DNA of 64,000 bases, taken from positions 193,099 to 257,098 of the forward strand of contig JBBIHY010000002.1 in NCBI GenBank assembly GCA_037446695.1. The letters are read 5' to 3'. The notes beneath the pieces were generated by a model. That model worked only from the letters and a program-made list of their open reading frames with translations. It did not search any database and had not been told where the DNA came from. This DNA comes from Bacteroidota bacterium. GTDB lineage: Bacteria; Bacteroidota; Bacteroidia; Bacteroidales; PUMT01. A program made the translations under genes and the position numbers. Below, piece by piece: positions 1-9,341 of this stretch; the stretch's first letter is position 1, and every line of letters starts with the position of its first letter.

Positions 1-490
1 GAAATCCATGCATGGCAAACTTGGATGCACTGTAGCCGGTCCGCCCGGGCAGACCATGAATTCCGGCAATGGATGAAACACCCGCTACACTTCCCTTTGA
101 TTCCAGCAGGTGCGGCAGGGCAAATTTTGTGCAGTATACAGTTCCCCAGAAATTCACATCCATAAGTTTTTTCAATACATCCGGACTTGTATCGTAAAAA
201 AGGGCCCGCATGGAGATTCCTGCATTATTGATGAGAATATCCAGCCGGCCAAAGGTCTTAATAGTTTGCTCTACCAGTCTGCTGCAATCCTCCTCAATGC
301 TTACATCGGTGGGAACGGCAAGGACCTTAGCACCCGTGCTTGTAATTTCTGATTCCAGTTCTTTCAGATTTGCAATATTCCTGGCAGCAATTACCACATG
401 GCATCCCAGTTGAGAGAATTCCCTTGCACAAGCCATACCTATGCCAGAGGAAGCTCCAGTAATCACAACAACTTTACCGTGTAACTTCAT
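1..490 (-). CDS. short-chain dehydrogenase/reductase (SDR), N-terminal ~163 aa; the gene runs off the left edge
   Basis: Own translation of the minus strand from ATG at 490..488 gives MKLHGKVVVITGASSGIGMACAREF (TGxxxGxG cofactor motif), ILINNAGI and YSASKFAMHGF (YxxxK active site). The frame is open to position 1, so it is absent from the ORF track. Confidence 0.85.
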   Translation of the reverse strand, partial: MKLHGKVVVITGASSGIGMACAREFSQLGCHVVIAARNIANLKELESEITSTGAKVLAVPTDVSIEEDCSRLVEQTIKTFGRLDILINNAGISMRALFYDTSPDVLKKLMDVNFWGTVYCTKFALPHLLESKGSVAGVSSIAGIHGLPGRTGYSASKFAMHGF

Positions 491-644
491 TCCTGATTTT
501 TTAGGTTGGCAATTTAGTGAAAAAAGCGTTTTGAAAACGGATGATTGTTAAAAACAGCCAAAAATCCGCACAAGATAATTTCATAATAGCCTGAAAACAA
601 ACCTTTTAAAGCGAAACACAAAAAAAGGGGAAAATATTAAAAAT

Positions 645-679
645 TGGTTTGGTAGAATTCATGAATAATTTTACCTTTG
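645..679 (+). promoter_or_regulatory. Bacteroidota-type promoter (-33 TTTG / -7 TAnnTTTG) for tRNA-Lys
   Basis: TACCTTTG at 672..679 matches TAnnTTTG. TTTG at 648..651 lies about 20 nt upstream. The tRNA starts 26 nt after the -7 box. Confidence 0.5.
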
Positions 680-704
680 CAACGCTTTTAAAAAAGCAAG
701 GGAG

Positions 705-777
705 GATTCAGTAGCTCAGCTGGTAGAGCACATCCCTTTTAAGGATGGGGTCCTGGGTTCGAATCCCAGCTGAATCA
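705..777 (+). tRNA. tRNA-Lys (anticodon UUU)
   Basis: A 73-nt cloverleaf was folded by eye. Acceptor GATTCAG (705-711) pairs with CTGAATC (770-776). D-arm is TAGCTCAGCTGGTAGAGCA. Anticodon stem CATCC/GGATG carries loop CTTTTAA. T-arm is CTGGG-TTCGAAT-CCCAG. Discriminator is A and no CCA is encoded. Confidence 0.95.
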
Positions 778-778
778 C

Positions 779-813
779 AAAAAAGACCAACGCATGTTGC
801 GTTGGTCTTTTTT
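779..813 (+). terminator. Rho-independent terminator after tRNA-Lys
   Basis: An 11-bp perfect stem AGACCAACGCA (784-794) / TGCGTTGGTCT (798-808) has a 3-nt loop. It is followed by a T run and preceded by an A run. Confidence 0.85.
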
Positions 814-904
814 ATAATAATGAGCTACCTTTTTTATGCGATTTTAAAGCGCCTGGAAAATTTTTATCACATTTGTATAGAATTTACTTTGCAGATGCAA
901 TAAA

Positions 905-1945
905 TCATTCAGAGAGCCTTAAAATAGCCTTATTTATCCTTCTTATAACAAAGGGACCTTCATAAACAAACCCTGTATACAATTGTACAAGACAGGCCCC
1001 GGCCAGCAATTTTTCAATGGCATCTTCGGCATTCATGATACCACCTGCCCCGATAACTGGAATAGAGCCGCCTGTTTTTTGTGTAATGTACCGAATGACC
1101 TCAGTGGATCGATCCCGCAGCGGCAGGCCACTCAGGCCACCCGGACCAATCTTATTGACAAGGGAGGGATCAGTCAACAGGTGTTTTCTTTCCTTGGTGG
1201 TATTGGTAGCAACTATCCCGGTAATTCCAGTCAGTCGTACAATCTCAATGGTTTCATCCAGTTTCTCATTCGTGTATTCGGGTGCGATTTTCACAAATAT
1301 TGGTTTATTGCCACCCAGTTGTGCATCCAGTTTCTTTAATTCGGTAAACAGGCTCACCTGAAAATCTTTTTCCTGAAGGCATGAGATACTGCCAACATTG
1401 GGACAACTGAGGTTGACTGTGAAATAATCCACATATGGATAAAGTTCCTTAAATGCCCTGAGATAGTCAGATTGTGCAATTTCATCAGGGGTAAGGGTAT
1501 TTTTCCCAATGTTTCCACCAATGATGGTATTTGGGGCCCTCTTTTTACTAAGTCTCCGCGCAACTTCCCTGGTGCCATCATTGTTTAATCCCATTCTGTT
1601 AACGAGGGCCTTGTCTTTAGGCAACCTGAATACCCTGGGTTTGGGGTTCCCAGCTTGCGGCTCCGGGGTAACGGTACCAATCTCAATGAAAGAAAAGCCA
1701 AAAGCAGCCAGTTCATGAAAAGCAAGGGCGTTTTTATCAAATCCGGCGGCAAGGCCAACAGGATTTTCAAAATTCAGTCCGAACAGCTTTCTCTGAAGCC
1801 GGATATCCTTCACCTGAAATATTCGCTCGAAAAACCATTTCTTTCCTGGAAAAGCAAAAATAACGCGCAAAAGGAAAATAACATTATGGTGAACTCTTTC
1901 AGGGGATAGAAAAAACAGCAGGGGGCGGATAATGCAACGATACAT
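905..1945 (-). CDS. pyrD: dihydroorotate dehydrogenase (quinone), class 2
   Basis: ORF 905..1960. Motifs seen are FENPVGLAAGFDKN, GFSFIEIGTVTP, NRMGLNN, GGNIGKN, VATNTT and GGLSG. The track start at 1960 is a TTG. The ATG at 1945 gives the typical MYRCIIRPLLF N-terminus. Confidence 0.93.
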   Translation of the reverse strand: MYRCIIRPLLFFLSPERVHHNVIFLLRVIFAFPGKKWFFERIFQVKDIRLQRKLFGLNFENPVGLAAGFDKNALAFHELAAFGFSFIEIGTVTPEPQAGNPKPRVFRLPKDKALVNRMGLNNDGTREVARRLSKKRAPNTIIGGNIGKNTLTPDEIAQSDYLRAFKELYPYVDYFTVNLSCPNVGSISCLQEKDFQVSLFTELKKLDAQLGGNKPIFVKIAPEYTNEKLDETIEIVRLTGITGIVATNTTKERKHLLTDPSLVNKIGPGGLSGLPLRDRSTEVIRYITQKTGGSIPVIGAGGIMNAEDAIEKLLAGACLVQLYTGFVYEGPFVIRRINKAILRLSE

Positions 1946-1975
1946 GAAGTTTTCTTGCAAAGATAGCAGGATTTT

Positions 1976-2398
1976 CTATCCGGGGAAAAACTCACGGAAC
2001 TGTCCGTTTTTAAAAAAGAAAACAATTCTTTCGGCCGATTCTTTTTCCGGGGAGACAACAGTCTTTGATGAATCAAATTTTTTAACCTGGTATTCAAATG
2101 GATCTTCTGATTTTACAATTGTAACATTTTCATCAAACAAATCCGGTTCACCTTTCAATTCACTTATAGTATCAATCTTTCCAGAACCTGTTCGGAACAT
2201 TTCCCCTTTGCCTAAAATGAGCCAGTCCGGATTTAAATCGGGAAATTTGCTCAGGATTTTAACAATAAAATCATAACTGGGATTGTTTCTGCCCGACAAA
2301 ATATGAGAAACACCAGATGGCTGTATTCCTATTTCTTCAGCAAACCGACTGGAAGACAGTCCGATAGAATTAATGAATTTCAAAAGCCTCTCTTTCAT
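1976..2398 (-). CDS. XRE (Cro/C1)-type helix-turn-helix transcriptional regulator, 140 aa
   Basis: The N-terminal HTH is LSSSRFAEEIGIQPSGVSHILSGRNNPSYDFIVKIL. The C-terminal half has no motif I recognise. Confidence 0.75.
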   Translation of the reverse strand: MKERLLKFINSIGLSSSRFAEEIGIQPSGVSHILSGRNNPSYDFIVKILSKFPDLNPDWLILGKGEMFRTGSGKIDTISELKGEPDLFDENVTIVKSEDPFEYQVKKFDSSKTVVSPEKESAERIVFFFKNGQFREFFPG

Positions 2399-2407
2399 AA
2401 TGTCTTT

Positions 2408-2464
2408 TTACAAATGTAATGCATTTTTATCATTTATACAAAAATAGCAATTTTACATTTGTAA
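2408..2464. promoter_or_regulatory. putative promoter and operator of the HTH gene: two TTACA-NN-TGTAA palindromes bracketing a -7 box
   Basis: TTACAAATGTAA lies at 2408-2419 and TTACATTTGTAA at 2453-2464. The minus-strand TAnnTTTG box (CAAAAATA on plus) sits between them at 2439-2446. Confidence 0.5.
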
Positions 2465-2649
2465 ATTTATTTCATTGTGCGCCAGATAAAGGATAAAAGA
2501 ACTTTGATATAATTACAAGGCAAGTGTAAAAGAGAAATTGAATCATTCGCAGCCAGAATTATCTTAATTTAAAACTTTATTTTCAATAATTTAAACCTTT
2601 GATTATTTGATAGATGTGTACAAAATTTGATGATTAAATCTGATTAATA

Positions 2650-2661
2650 TTACATTTGTAA
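2650..2661. promoter_or_regulatory. third copy of the TTACA-NN-TGTAA palindrome
   Basis: TTACATTTGTAA at 2650-2661 is identical to the 2453-2464 copy. It lies in the gene-free region. Confidence 0.4.
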
Positions 2662-2880
2662 TGTAATATTTAATTTAATTATTTAAAATACTGATTTAAT
2701 CAACTGATTATATGATTTTTATATTCTTAAAATTTACTTTTGTCATTTTGGATTGTTACAAGTGTGACATAATGTATGTCGCTGATAATTAAAAATTTAT
2801 GTTTTACAGTTGTAATTGTCTGTTTTTGATAATTTTCTTGGAGAAACCTGTTATTTATACCCCTTATTACCGTTAAATTT

Positions 2881-2903
2881 CCTGGAGTTCCTTCCAGGTT
2901 TTT
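2881..2903 (+). terminator. orphan intrinsic-terminator-like hairpin in the gene-free region
   Basis: CCTGGA (2881-2886) pairs with TCCAGG (2893-2898) across a 6-nt loop, then TTTTT (2899-2903). No annotated plus-strand gene lies upstream. Confidence 0.4.
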
Positions 2904-3165
2904 GAACTCATGTCCAGGTTCATTGTTTCTTCCTTTCCCACCCTTTTTACAATGCACCAATCATTGTTTTTAAACTTGTGGCATTGTTTTTTCAATATTC
3001 CTGATGTATCAGTGGCCAGTAAAACGCAAATAATGCGTCCTGAAGAAGGTATAACTATTTTTCGGTGGGGATCAAAGGAATATATTCAGCAGACTAGTAT
3101 TTTACTGCTTTTTACAAGGACTGAATGGAATTGCAGCTCCTTTTACCTGATTGCAAAAAATCCAA

Positions 3166-6100
3166 TTATCCCTTTGCAGTTCCGGCCATCTGATTCACTC
3201 CCTGGTGCAACAGCTTGTAAAGAACGGGCACTACGAGCAGGGTAAGAAATGTGGATGTGAGCAAACCACCAATGATTGTCCATCCCATGGGTGCCCAGAG
3301 GGTTCCTCCCTGAAGTGTAAGGGGCAGTAAACCACCTATGGTGGTGAGTGACGTTAACATAATTGGCGTAAAACGTGTTTCACCGGCCTGCCGGATGGCA
3401 TCCTCTGCCAGCATTCCCCTTGATACCAGTTTATTGGTATAATCCACCAGAATGATGGAATTGTTTACCACAATGCCTACCAGGCTGATAAGACCAATAA
3501 ATGCAGTGAACGAAAATGTAAAGCCCGTCAGGAAGAGCATCCATACGGAGCCTATGACTGCAAGTGGTATGGCCGAAAAAATTATGAAAGGCTGCGTGAA
3601 GGAGCGGAACTGAAAAACCAGAACAGCAAAAATAGAAAACATGGCAATCAGTATGGCTACCTGCATGCCGGCAAAAGTTTCCCTGCGGCTTTCCATTTCT
3701 CCTGCAATATAATAACCATACCCTTCCGGGAAAGAATATTTATCTAATTCACTGATAAGTGGTTGCATTACTTCATCTAAAGTAAAACCTTTTCTCAGGT
3801 CAGCCAGCAGGGTGGCATTCCTTTCCAGGTTAAAACGGTTGATAAGACTGGAGGCCTGCCGGAATTCCACCGATGCAAGCTGTCGCAGGGGGATCTGCTT
3901 ACCTGTCAGGGAACTGACATGGATACTATTCAGATCCTCCATCGTAATCTGCTCATTTACAGGTAATCGCATAACAATGGGATACTCCCTTCCATCCCTG
4001 TCGCGGTAGGTGGAGATAGTCATCCCATTGATGGCCACACGAATGGTACGGTCAATTTCCAGGATTGGCACACCCAGCATGGCTGCCTTTTCCCTGTTTA
4101 TATTGAAATACAGGTCGGTCTGGGATTTGTCCAGGAGGTTTTCAATATTGACGGCTCCCTCCAGGTTCGTCATTAAGCTCTCTATGTCGCGGGAAATGGA
4201 TTTAAGGGTTTCCACATTTTCACCGGTAATATACACTGCAACGGGCGCCTCTATGGGGATGCCCTGTTCAAACTCCTTGACGGTGATTTTCGCACCAGGA
4301 TAGAATGAAAAAATCCTCCTGAGATTTGCTACCATGGCATCGAATTCTTTCACATTGTAAGCATCCAGCTCTACATAAATCTCGGCATAATTGCGTGCAA
4401 ACTGCCTGCTGAAAATATTGTAATAAATCCTTGGGTTGCCCTTACCTACATTGGTGGCATAGTGTTTTACCACCGGCAGTGTATCGAGTATGGACTCCAC
4501 ATACCGTGCAACCCGGTCGGTATTGCTCAGGCTGGTTCCTTCGGGCATATTTACCCGCACCATCATCTGGGGAGTTTCTGCCTTGGGAAAATAGCTGAGA
4601 CCAACAAAACGGAATGCGTAGACAGAAACAACGAGGGCTGCGAGCGCCAGGGAAACCACGAGCCATCCATTCCTCAATCCAAAATCAAGGGTTCTCCTGT
4701 AGGGTCCACTGATGATCTTCTTCAGTATCCTTTCGATGATTTTTTTCTTTCTTTTCACACCATAGGTTCCCAGGCTGTAAATTCGGCTGGCAATCAATGG
4801 CGAGAGCGTTAGGGTAATCAGAAGAGAGATGGTCAGGGTGGCCATAATGGTATAAGGCAGACTACGAATGAAGTCTCCTGCCTTGTCGGGCAGCAACACA
4901 ATAGGAATAAAAGCAAGTACCGTCGTAATGGTGGCACTGACAATAGGCCAGCCTATTTCAGAAACGCCCTCAATGGCTGCCTCTCTTGGGGTATATCCCC
5001 TGGCCAGGTACCTGTCCACATTTTCCACCATAACAATGGAGTTATCTACCAGCAGGCCCAGGGCAACAACAAGGGCGGCAATGGATATCTGCTCCATGGC
5101 AAAACCTGCCATGCCCACAATCCCCAGCCCGATAATCACCGAGAAAGGAATTGCCATCATCACAATGACCGACCAGCGGAAGCCTATGCTGAAAAAAACC
5201 AATATACCAACCAGCAAAATCCCCTGTAAGAGATTCATCATGAAATTATTGATTCTTCGCTGGACAGTATCGCTCTGGTCAAATACCTTGTAAAGAGCAA
5301 TTTCGTGGTTGTTTTGATAATAGCTTTGTATAACCTTATCTATCTCATTGGTAATCTTGAATATATTTAGATTTTCTTTTTGCTGAACAGATAAAAAAAC
5401 CGCCCTGCTGCCCTTGAACCTGGCCAGGTAATAATTGTCTTCGAAATCAAAATACACCTCAGCTATATTCTTCAGATACACAAGTTGCCCCATATACGTC
5501 CCTACCACGGTATTCCTTAACTGGTCGATATTCTGGAACGGCCCGCTGGTTTTAACGGCAAAAGACCTGCCTGAAATATGAATCAATCCTCCGGGAACAT
5601 TGGCATTGGCCGATTGAACCGACCGGCTGATTTGTTCTATGGAAATACCCATCCGGGCCATTTTCTCCATATCAAGGGCTATCCTCACTTCCTGTTCAGG
5701 TATGGCGTGTATAAGTACTTTTTTCACCCCTGGTATATTTTCCATCCGGCTCTTCAGCTTTTTGGCCTCGGCATCCAGCCTGGCAAAAGAAGCGTCTTCT
5801 GAAACAAGTGCCAATTGGACAATATTCACATCGGTACTGGTCCATTCAATAATTTCCACCCGTAAAAGTTCAGCCGGCAGTTCAGGCAGGATAGAATTCA
5901 ATTTCGATACCATCTCATTGTATTTCTCCTTTGCATCGGTTCCGTGTTCAAACTCCACACTGGTAATTGATACTCCGTCGCGTATACTTGTGGTGATTTT
6001 CTTAATATCATCCAGTTCATTTACCGCTTCTTCTACAGGAACAGCAACAAGTTGCTCCATATCCACCGGGTTGGCACCCGGATAGATTACTATGACCGAA

Positions 6101-6234
6101 CCACCCGAAATATATACAGTTGGGTTTTCCATCCTTGGCATCTGAAAGTAAGATACCAGGGACACAACAAGCAAAACCAGGAATACCACCAGGGTAAACT
6201 GGTAATTATCAATGGCCAGGCGGGGTATTTTCAT
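3166..6234 (-). CDS. efflux RND transporter permease subunit (AcrB/CzcA superfamily), 1022 aa
   Basis: The length, two large periplasmic loops and roughly 12 hydrophobic segments fit the family. The typical N-terminus is MKIPRLAIDNYQFTLVVFLVLLV. The C-terminal region NNSIILVDY is characteristic. It is the last gene of a tetR-tolC-MFP-RND string. Confidence 0.92.
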   Translation of the reverse strand: MKIPRLAIDNYQFTLVVFLVLLVVSLVSYFQMPRMENPTVYISGGSVIVIYPGANPVDMEQLVAVPVEEAVNELDDIKKITTSIRDGVSITSVEFEHGTDAKEKYNEMVSKLNSILPELPAELLRVEIIEWTSTDVNIVQLALVSEDASFARLDAEAKKLKSRMENIPGVKKVLIHAIPEQEVRIALDMEKMARMGISIEQISRSVQSANANVPGGLIHISGRSFAVKTSGPFQNIDQLRNTVVGTYMGQLVYLKNIAEVYFDFEDNYYLARFKGSRAVFLSVQQKENLNIFKITNEIDKVIQSYYQNNHEIALYKVFDQSDTVQRRINNFMMNLLQGILLVGILVFFSIGFRWSVIVMMAIPFSVIIGLGIVGMAGFAMEQISIAALVVALGLLVDNSIVMVENVDRYLARGYTPREAAIEGVSEIGWPIVSATITTVLAFIPIVLLPDKAGDFIRSLPYTIMATLTISLLITLTLSPLIASRIYSLGTYGVKRKKKIIERILKKIISGPYRRTLDFGLRNGWLVVSLALAALVVSVYAFRFVGLSYFPKAETPQMMVRVNMPEGTSLSNTDRVARYVESILDTLPVVKHYATNVGKGNPRIYYNIFSRQFARNYAEIYVELDAYNVKEFDAMVANLRRIFSFYPGAKITVKEFEQGIPIEAPVAVYITGENVETLKSISRDIESLMTNLEGAVNIENLLDKSQTDLYFNINREKAAMLGVPILEIDRTIRVAINGMTISTYRDRDGREYPIVMRLPVNEQITMEDLNSIHVSSLTGKQIPLRQLASVEFRQASSLINRFNLERNATLLADLRKGFTLDEVMQPLISELDKYSFPEGYGYYIAGEMESRRETFAGMQVAILIAMFSIFAVLVFQFRSFTQPFIIFSAIPLAVIGSVWMLFLTGFTFSFTAFIGLISLVGIVVNNSIILVDYTNKLVSRGMLAEDAIRQAGETRFTPIMLTSLTTIGGLLPLTLQGGTLWAPMGWTIIGGLLTSTFLTLLVVPVLYKLLHQGVNQMAGTAKG

Positions 6235-6248
6235 ACTTTGCTTTTAGT

Positions 6249-7289
6249 TTACTGTGGGTCAATAAGTTTCAGGCGACTGCCTGGTTTCACAAAACTGGTA
6301 CCCTCGGTAATGACTATTTCCTCGGGTTTCAGTCCTTTACTCACCAGGATCCTATCTCCCTCTATCCTCATAATCTGAATGTTACGGAGAACTGCTCGTC
6401 CGTTATCATACAAATGCACCCATCCTTCGTTTCCCCTGGCTTCGACCAGTGCTTCTACAGGAATGGAAATTAATTTTTGGGTTTCTCCCGTATAGATAAC
6501 GGCTCTTCCTATAAACCCTGCAACCAATTGTAAATCTGTAGGTAATAAATCAATCGTCACCTCAAACAAACCGGTATACGGGTCGGCCATGGCCGACTTT
6601 TCAGTCACCAGTGCAAAAAAATAATTCGCCGGATATGCATCAAAGCTTACCCTGGCTGAGTCACCCAAAGTGACAAGAATAATTTCACGATCAGTCACAT
6701 TTACCTTTAACTGCCAGGCGCCCTGTGTTGTACCAAACAAAAAAACAGGATAACCAGGAGCTGCCATTTCATTGTTTTCCAGCAGCTTACGCAGGATTTT
6801 CCCGTTTGCAGGGGCGTTTATGGAAGAATACTGCAGGTTGAATTGTGCAATCTCCAATTGGGATTCAGCCACGCGCAGGGCGGTGCGTGCATTCTCATAC
6901 TGCTCAAGGCTGGCAACAGTATCCCTGTAAAGATTCCGTGTCCTGTTGAAATCACGGCGGGCTTTTTCCGTCGCTTCAGTCGCCTGCATCACTAAGGCCC
7001 GTATTTCATTTGTCTTCAACTCAGCCAGTAACTGACCCTTTCTAACCTGCTCTCCTTCTGAGACATATATCCTATTAACAATTCCTCCCGTCTTGAATGC
7101 CAGGCGCTGCTCAGAACTGGTAAAGAGCCGTCCGCTGGAGAGCACAACCGATCTAACCTCCTCATCTTTTACCAACTCAATCCTCACCGGAACCAGTTGT
7201 TCTGTGGTTTCTTCTTTTTGTAAATTTTTGCAGGAGCCGGAAAATATGAACGCAATCAAAAACCCAGCTATAAAAAAAGGATTCTTCAT
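6249..7289 (-). CDS. efflux RND periplasmic adaptor (membrane fusion protein), lipoprotein
   Basis: Lipobox FSGSC is present. A coiled-coil hairpin region (ATEKARRDFNRTRNLY...ARTALRVAESQLEIAQFNLQYS) is flanked by beta-barrel-like segments. The gene sits between tolC-like and RND genes. Confidence 0.88.
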   Translation of the reverse strand: MKNPFFIAGFLIAFIFSGSCKNLQKEETTEQLVPVRIELVKDEEVRSVVLSSGRLFTSSEQRLAFKTGGIVNRIYVSEGEQVRKGQLLAELKTNEIRALVMQATEATEKARRDFNRTRNLYRDTVASLEQYENARTALRVAESQLEIAQFNLQYSSINAPANGKILRKLLENNEMAAPGYPVFLFGTTQGAWQLKVNVTDREIILVTLGDSARVSFDAYPANYFFALVTEKSAMADPYTGLFEVTIDLLPTDLQLVAGFIGRAVIYTGETQKLISIPVEALVEARGNEGWVHLYDNGRAVLRNIQIMRIEGDRILVSKGLKPEEIVITEGTSFVKPGSRLKLIDPQ

Positions 7290-7305
7290 ATCTTAATCTT
7301 TATAT

Positions 7306-8679
7306 TTATTCATTATCAATCGGGTACATACAGGCAACTCGTTCAAATTCAGCCATCCTGACCTGGTATTCATAGCGGCCAGCCACTTCGTTTGTACTGG
7401 CAGCCAGGAATACAGTGCGCGCATCGAGGTACTCAAGAAGGCTGACCATACCATTCATGTATTGCTTTTCAATAACCTGAAACCCCATTCGGGCTGCCAG
7501 GTTCTCCTTTTCTGCAGCAAGCATTGCCTTTTCTGCCGCTTTGAGCTGATACCAGGCTTGCGTGACCTCCAGGCGAACCAGTTCGGCAGTTTCCTCCTTT
7601 TTTGTTCGCAGAATCAATTCATCTACCTGTGACTGCCTGATTCTGTGACGGTTCTGCATTCCATGAAAAATGTTCCAGCGAAACACAACCGAGGCCATCA
7701 CAAAATCATCCTCTCCCGTAAACCGGTACCTGGTGCCCTGAAAGCCGTAATCCATGGCAAACAAAAGCTCGGGAAAGCTCTTCATGCGGTTCATCCTGAC
7801 AACCGATGCAGAAATGTTTTCCATAATACCCAAACGGGTCATTTCCTCCCTCCGGGTAACAGCCTCATCATGGATTACCAACAACACGGGCATGCTAATT
7901 GAATCACTGAATTCTGGTTCTTCAATAATTATAGGATCCTGTAAATCCCTGTTCAGGAGAAAATTAAAATATGCCCCGGCGATCTGCCTGTCTTTTTCAG
8001 CCAGGGCGATTTGCTGCTCCATCTTACCCAGCTCGGCCTTTGAACGAAAAATACGATCACGTGTGACCATATCATTTGCAAAAAGCCTTTCGTTTACCCT
8101 CAGGTTTTCTTCCGCAAGAAGTTGAAAATCATGCAGTATTTTTGTTAGCTGTAAAGTTTTCAAGTAGTTATAATACGCCTTTTTGATTTCAGCCACCAAA
8201 TACCTTTTATATGTCTCCACATCCGCCTTTTCTGCCTCCACCATAGAAGATTTAATCTTATTATTGAAGTAAATATCGGTATTTAACAATGGTTGAATAA
8301 CTTGTATCTTCGTCTCATGTTCCCGTGGACGCAAAAAACGAAAGGATTGATTATCCACCGGCTGAAAATTGTTCGTTCCGGTAAGTGCATTTAATGTTGA
8401 GTAAACCGGGTTTAGCAGATCTCCAATTGGAAATTCCATCAGTCTTCCCCCCTCGGCCATGGTATAGCGCGCATTAAGGTTCACCTGCGGGTAAAACCAT
8501 GCCTTGGCCTCACGAAGAACATGGAGGGATTTTTCGTACGATGCCTCCTTCTGTTTCAGGGCAAGATTAGTTTTTAACCCTTCCTGTACATAGGTGTCCA
8601 GCACGCCCGACTGGCCCAAAAGGCCGGGTGATAAAAAAAACAGGAAAGGCGCATACTTATAAAAACTATTCACTCTCAT
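7306..8679 (-). CDS. TolC-family outer membrane efflux protein, 457 aa
   Basis: A signal peptide is present. The duplicated alpha-helical and beta architecture is typical of OEP/TolC. Operon context also supports the call. Confidence 0.85.
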   Translation of the reverse strand: MRVNSFYKYAPFLFFLSPGLLGQSGVLDTYVQEGLKTNLALKQKEASYEKSLHVLREAKAWFYPQVNLNARYTMAEGGRLMEFPIGDLLNPVYSTLNALTGTNNFQPVDNQSFRFLRPREHETKIQVIQPLLNTDIYFNNKIKSSMVEAEKADVETYKRYLVAEIKKAYYNYLKTLQLTKILHDFQLLAEENLRVNERLFANDMVTRDRIFRSKAELGKMEQQIALAEKDRQIAGAYFNFLLNRDLQDPIIIEEPEFSDSISMPVLLVIHDEAVTRREEMTRLGIMENISASVVRMNRMKSFPELLFAMDYGFQGTRYRFTGEDDFVMASVVFRWNIFHGMQNRHRIRQSQVDELILRTKKEETAELVRLEVTQAWYQLKAAEKAMLAAEKENLAARMGFQVIEKQYMNGMVSLLEYLDARTVFLAASTNEVAGRYEYQVRMAEFERVACMYPIDNE

Positions 8680-8696
8680 AATAGGAGCAATTAACT

Positions 8697-9341
8697 TTAA
8701 AAAGACAGGGTTTTGTTCCTGATAATTCCATCCTGTAAAACATAAAACAGGTTCTGGAGTACACTGTTCTCATCCAGTTGAAACATTTCAAAAATACCCG
8801 GCCGGTGATGTACAAACTGCAAAACCCCGGTCATTTGTGACCAAAGCACCAATGCCAACTCAACAGCAGGTATATCATGACGGATTGTACCGTCCAGCCG
8901 GCCCTTTTCAATCACATTCAAAAAAACGAGTAAGGGAGAACCGGGCTCAAAAAGAAGGGATTTCCTGAGGTGATCTGTTCTTTCCTGTCCGGCCGACTGG
9001 CAGGTCATGATAATTTTAAAGTAACCCGCATGTTCCCTGGAGAAATGGATATAGGCCTTGCCCAGTTCAAGAGCATTTTCAGCTGCCGTTGCCTCATCCC
9101 TGACCACGGCAGATAAATTTTCGGACAAGAGCCTGAGGCCCCGCAGGTTGACTTCAAGAAACAGTTCCTCTTTACTCCTGAAATACAGGTAAAGGGTACC
9201 TTTGCTGAGTTCGGCAGCTTCGGCTATTTCCTCCATGGTAGTACCCTCAAATCCCTTTATAAGAATAATCGCTTCAGCAGCATCCACAATGGTATTTCTT
9301 CTCTCATCCCTTTCCCTCTCCTTTCTTTCCTGTGTTCCCAT
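8697..9341 (-). CDS. TetR/AcrR-family transcriptional regulator
   Basis: The N-terminal TetR HTH is TIVDAAEAIILIKGFEGTTMEEIAEAAELSKGTLYLYFRSKEELF. It is the first gene of the efflux operon. Confidence 0.9.
   Translation of the reverse strand: MGTQERKERERDERRNTIVDAAEAIILIKGFEGTTMEEIAEAAELSKGTLYLYFRSKEELFLEVNLRGLRLLSENLSAVVRDEATAAENALELGKAYIHFSREHAGYFKIIMTCQSAGQERTDHLRKSLLFEPGSPLLVFLNVIEKGRLDGTIRHDIPAVELALVLWSQMTGVLQFVHHRPGIFEMFQLDENSVLQNLFYVLQDGIIRNKTLSF

Noticed and set aside
527-539. The palindrome CGTTTT-G-AAAACG, located 37-49 nt upstream of the SDR start codon.
   Set aside because: It is short, AT-rich, isolated and single-copy in the window. It could be a chance palindrome and there is no supporting context.
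705-2400. tRNA-Lys as a possible integration hotspot for a genomic island.
   Set aside because: No integrase, direct repeat of the tRNA 3' end or foreign-looking gene block follows it. The next genes are pyrD and a small regulator.
2727-3245. ORFs 2727..2960 (minus, 77 aa) and 2910..3245 (plus, 111 aa) in the large intergenic region.
   Set aside because: They have no recognisable motifs. The plus ORF runs into the 3' end of the RND gene on the opposite strand. The minus ORF spans the orphan hairpin. I could not find a convincing promoter for either. Both are left uncalled, although a small real gene cannot be excluded.
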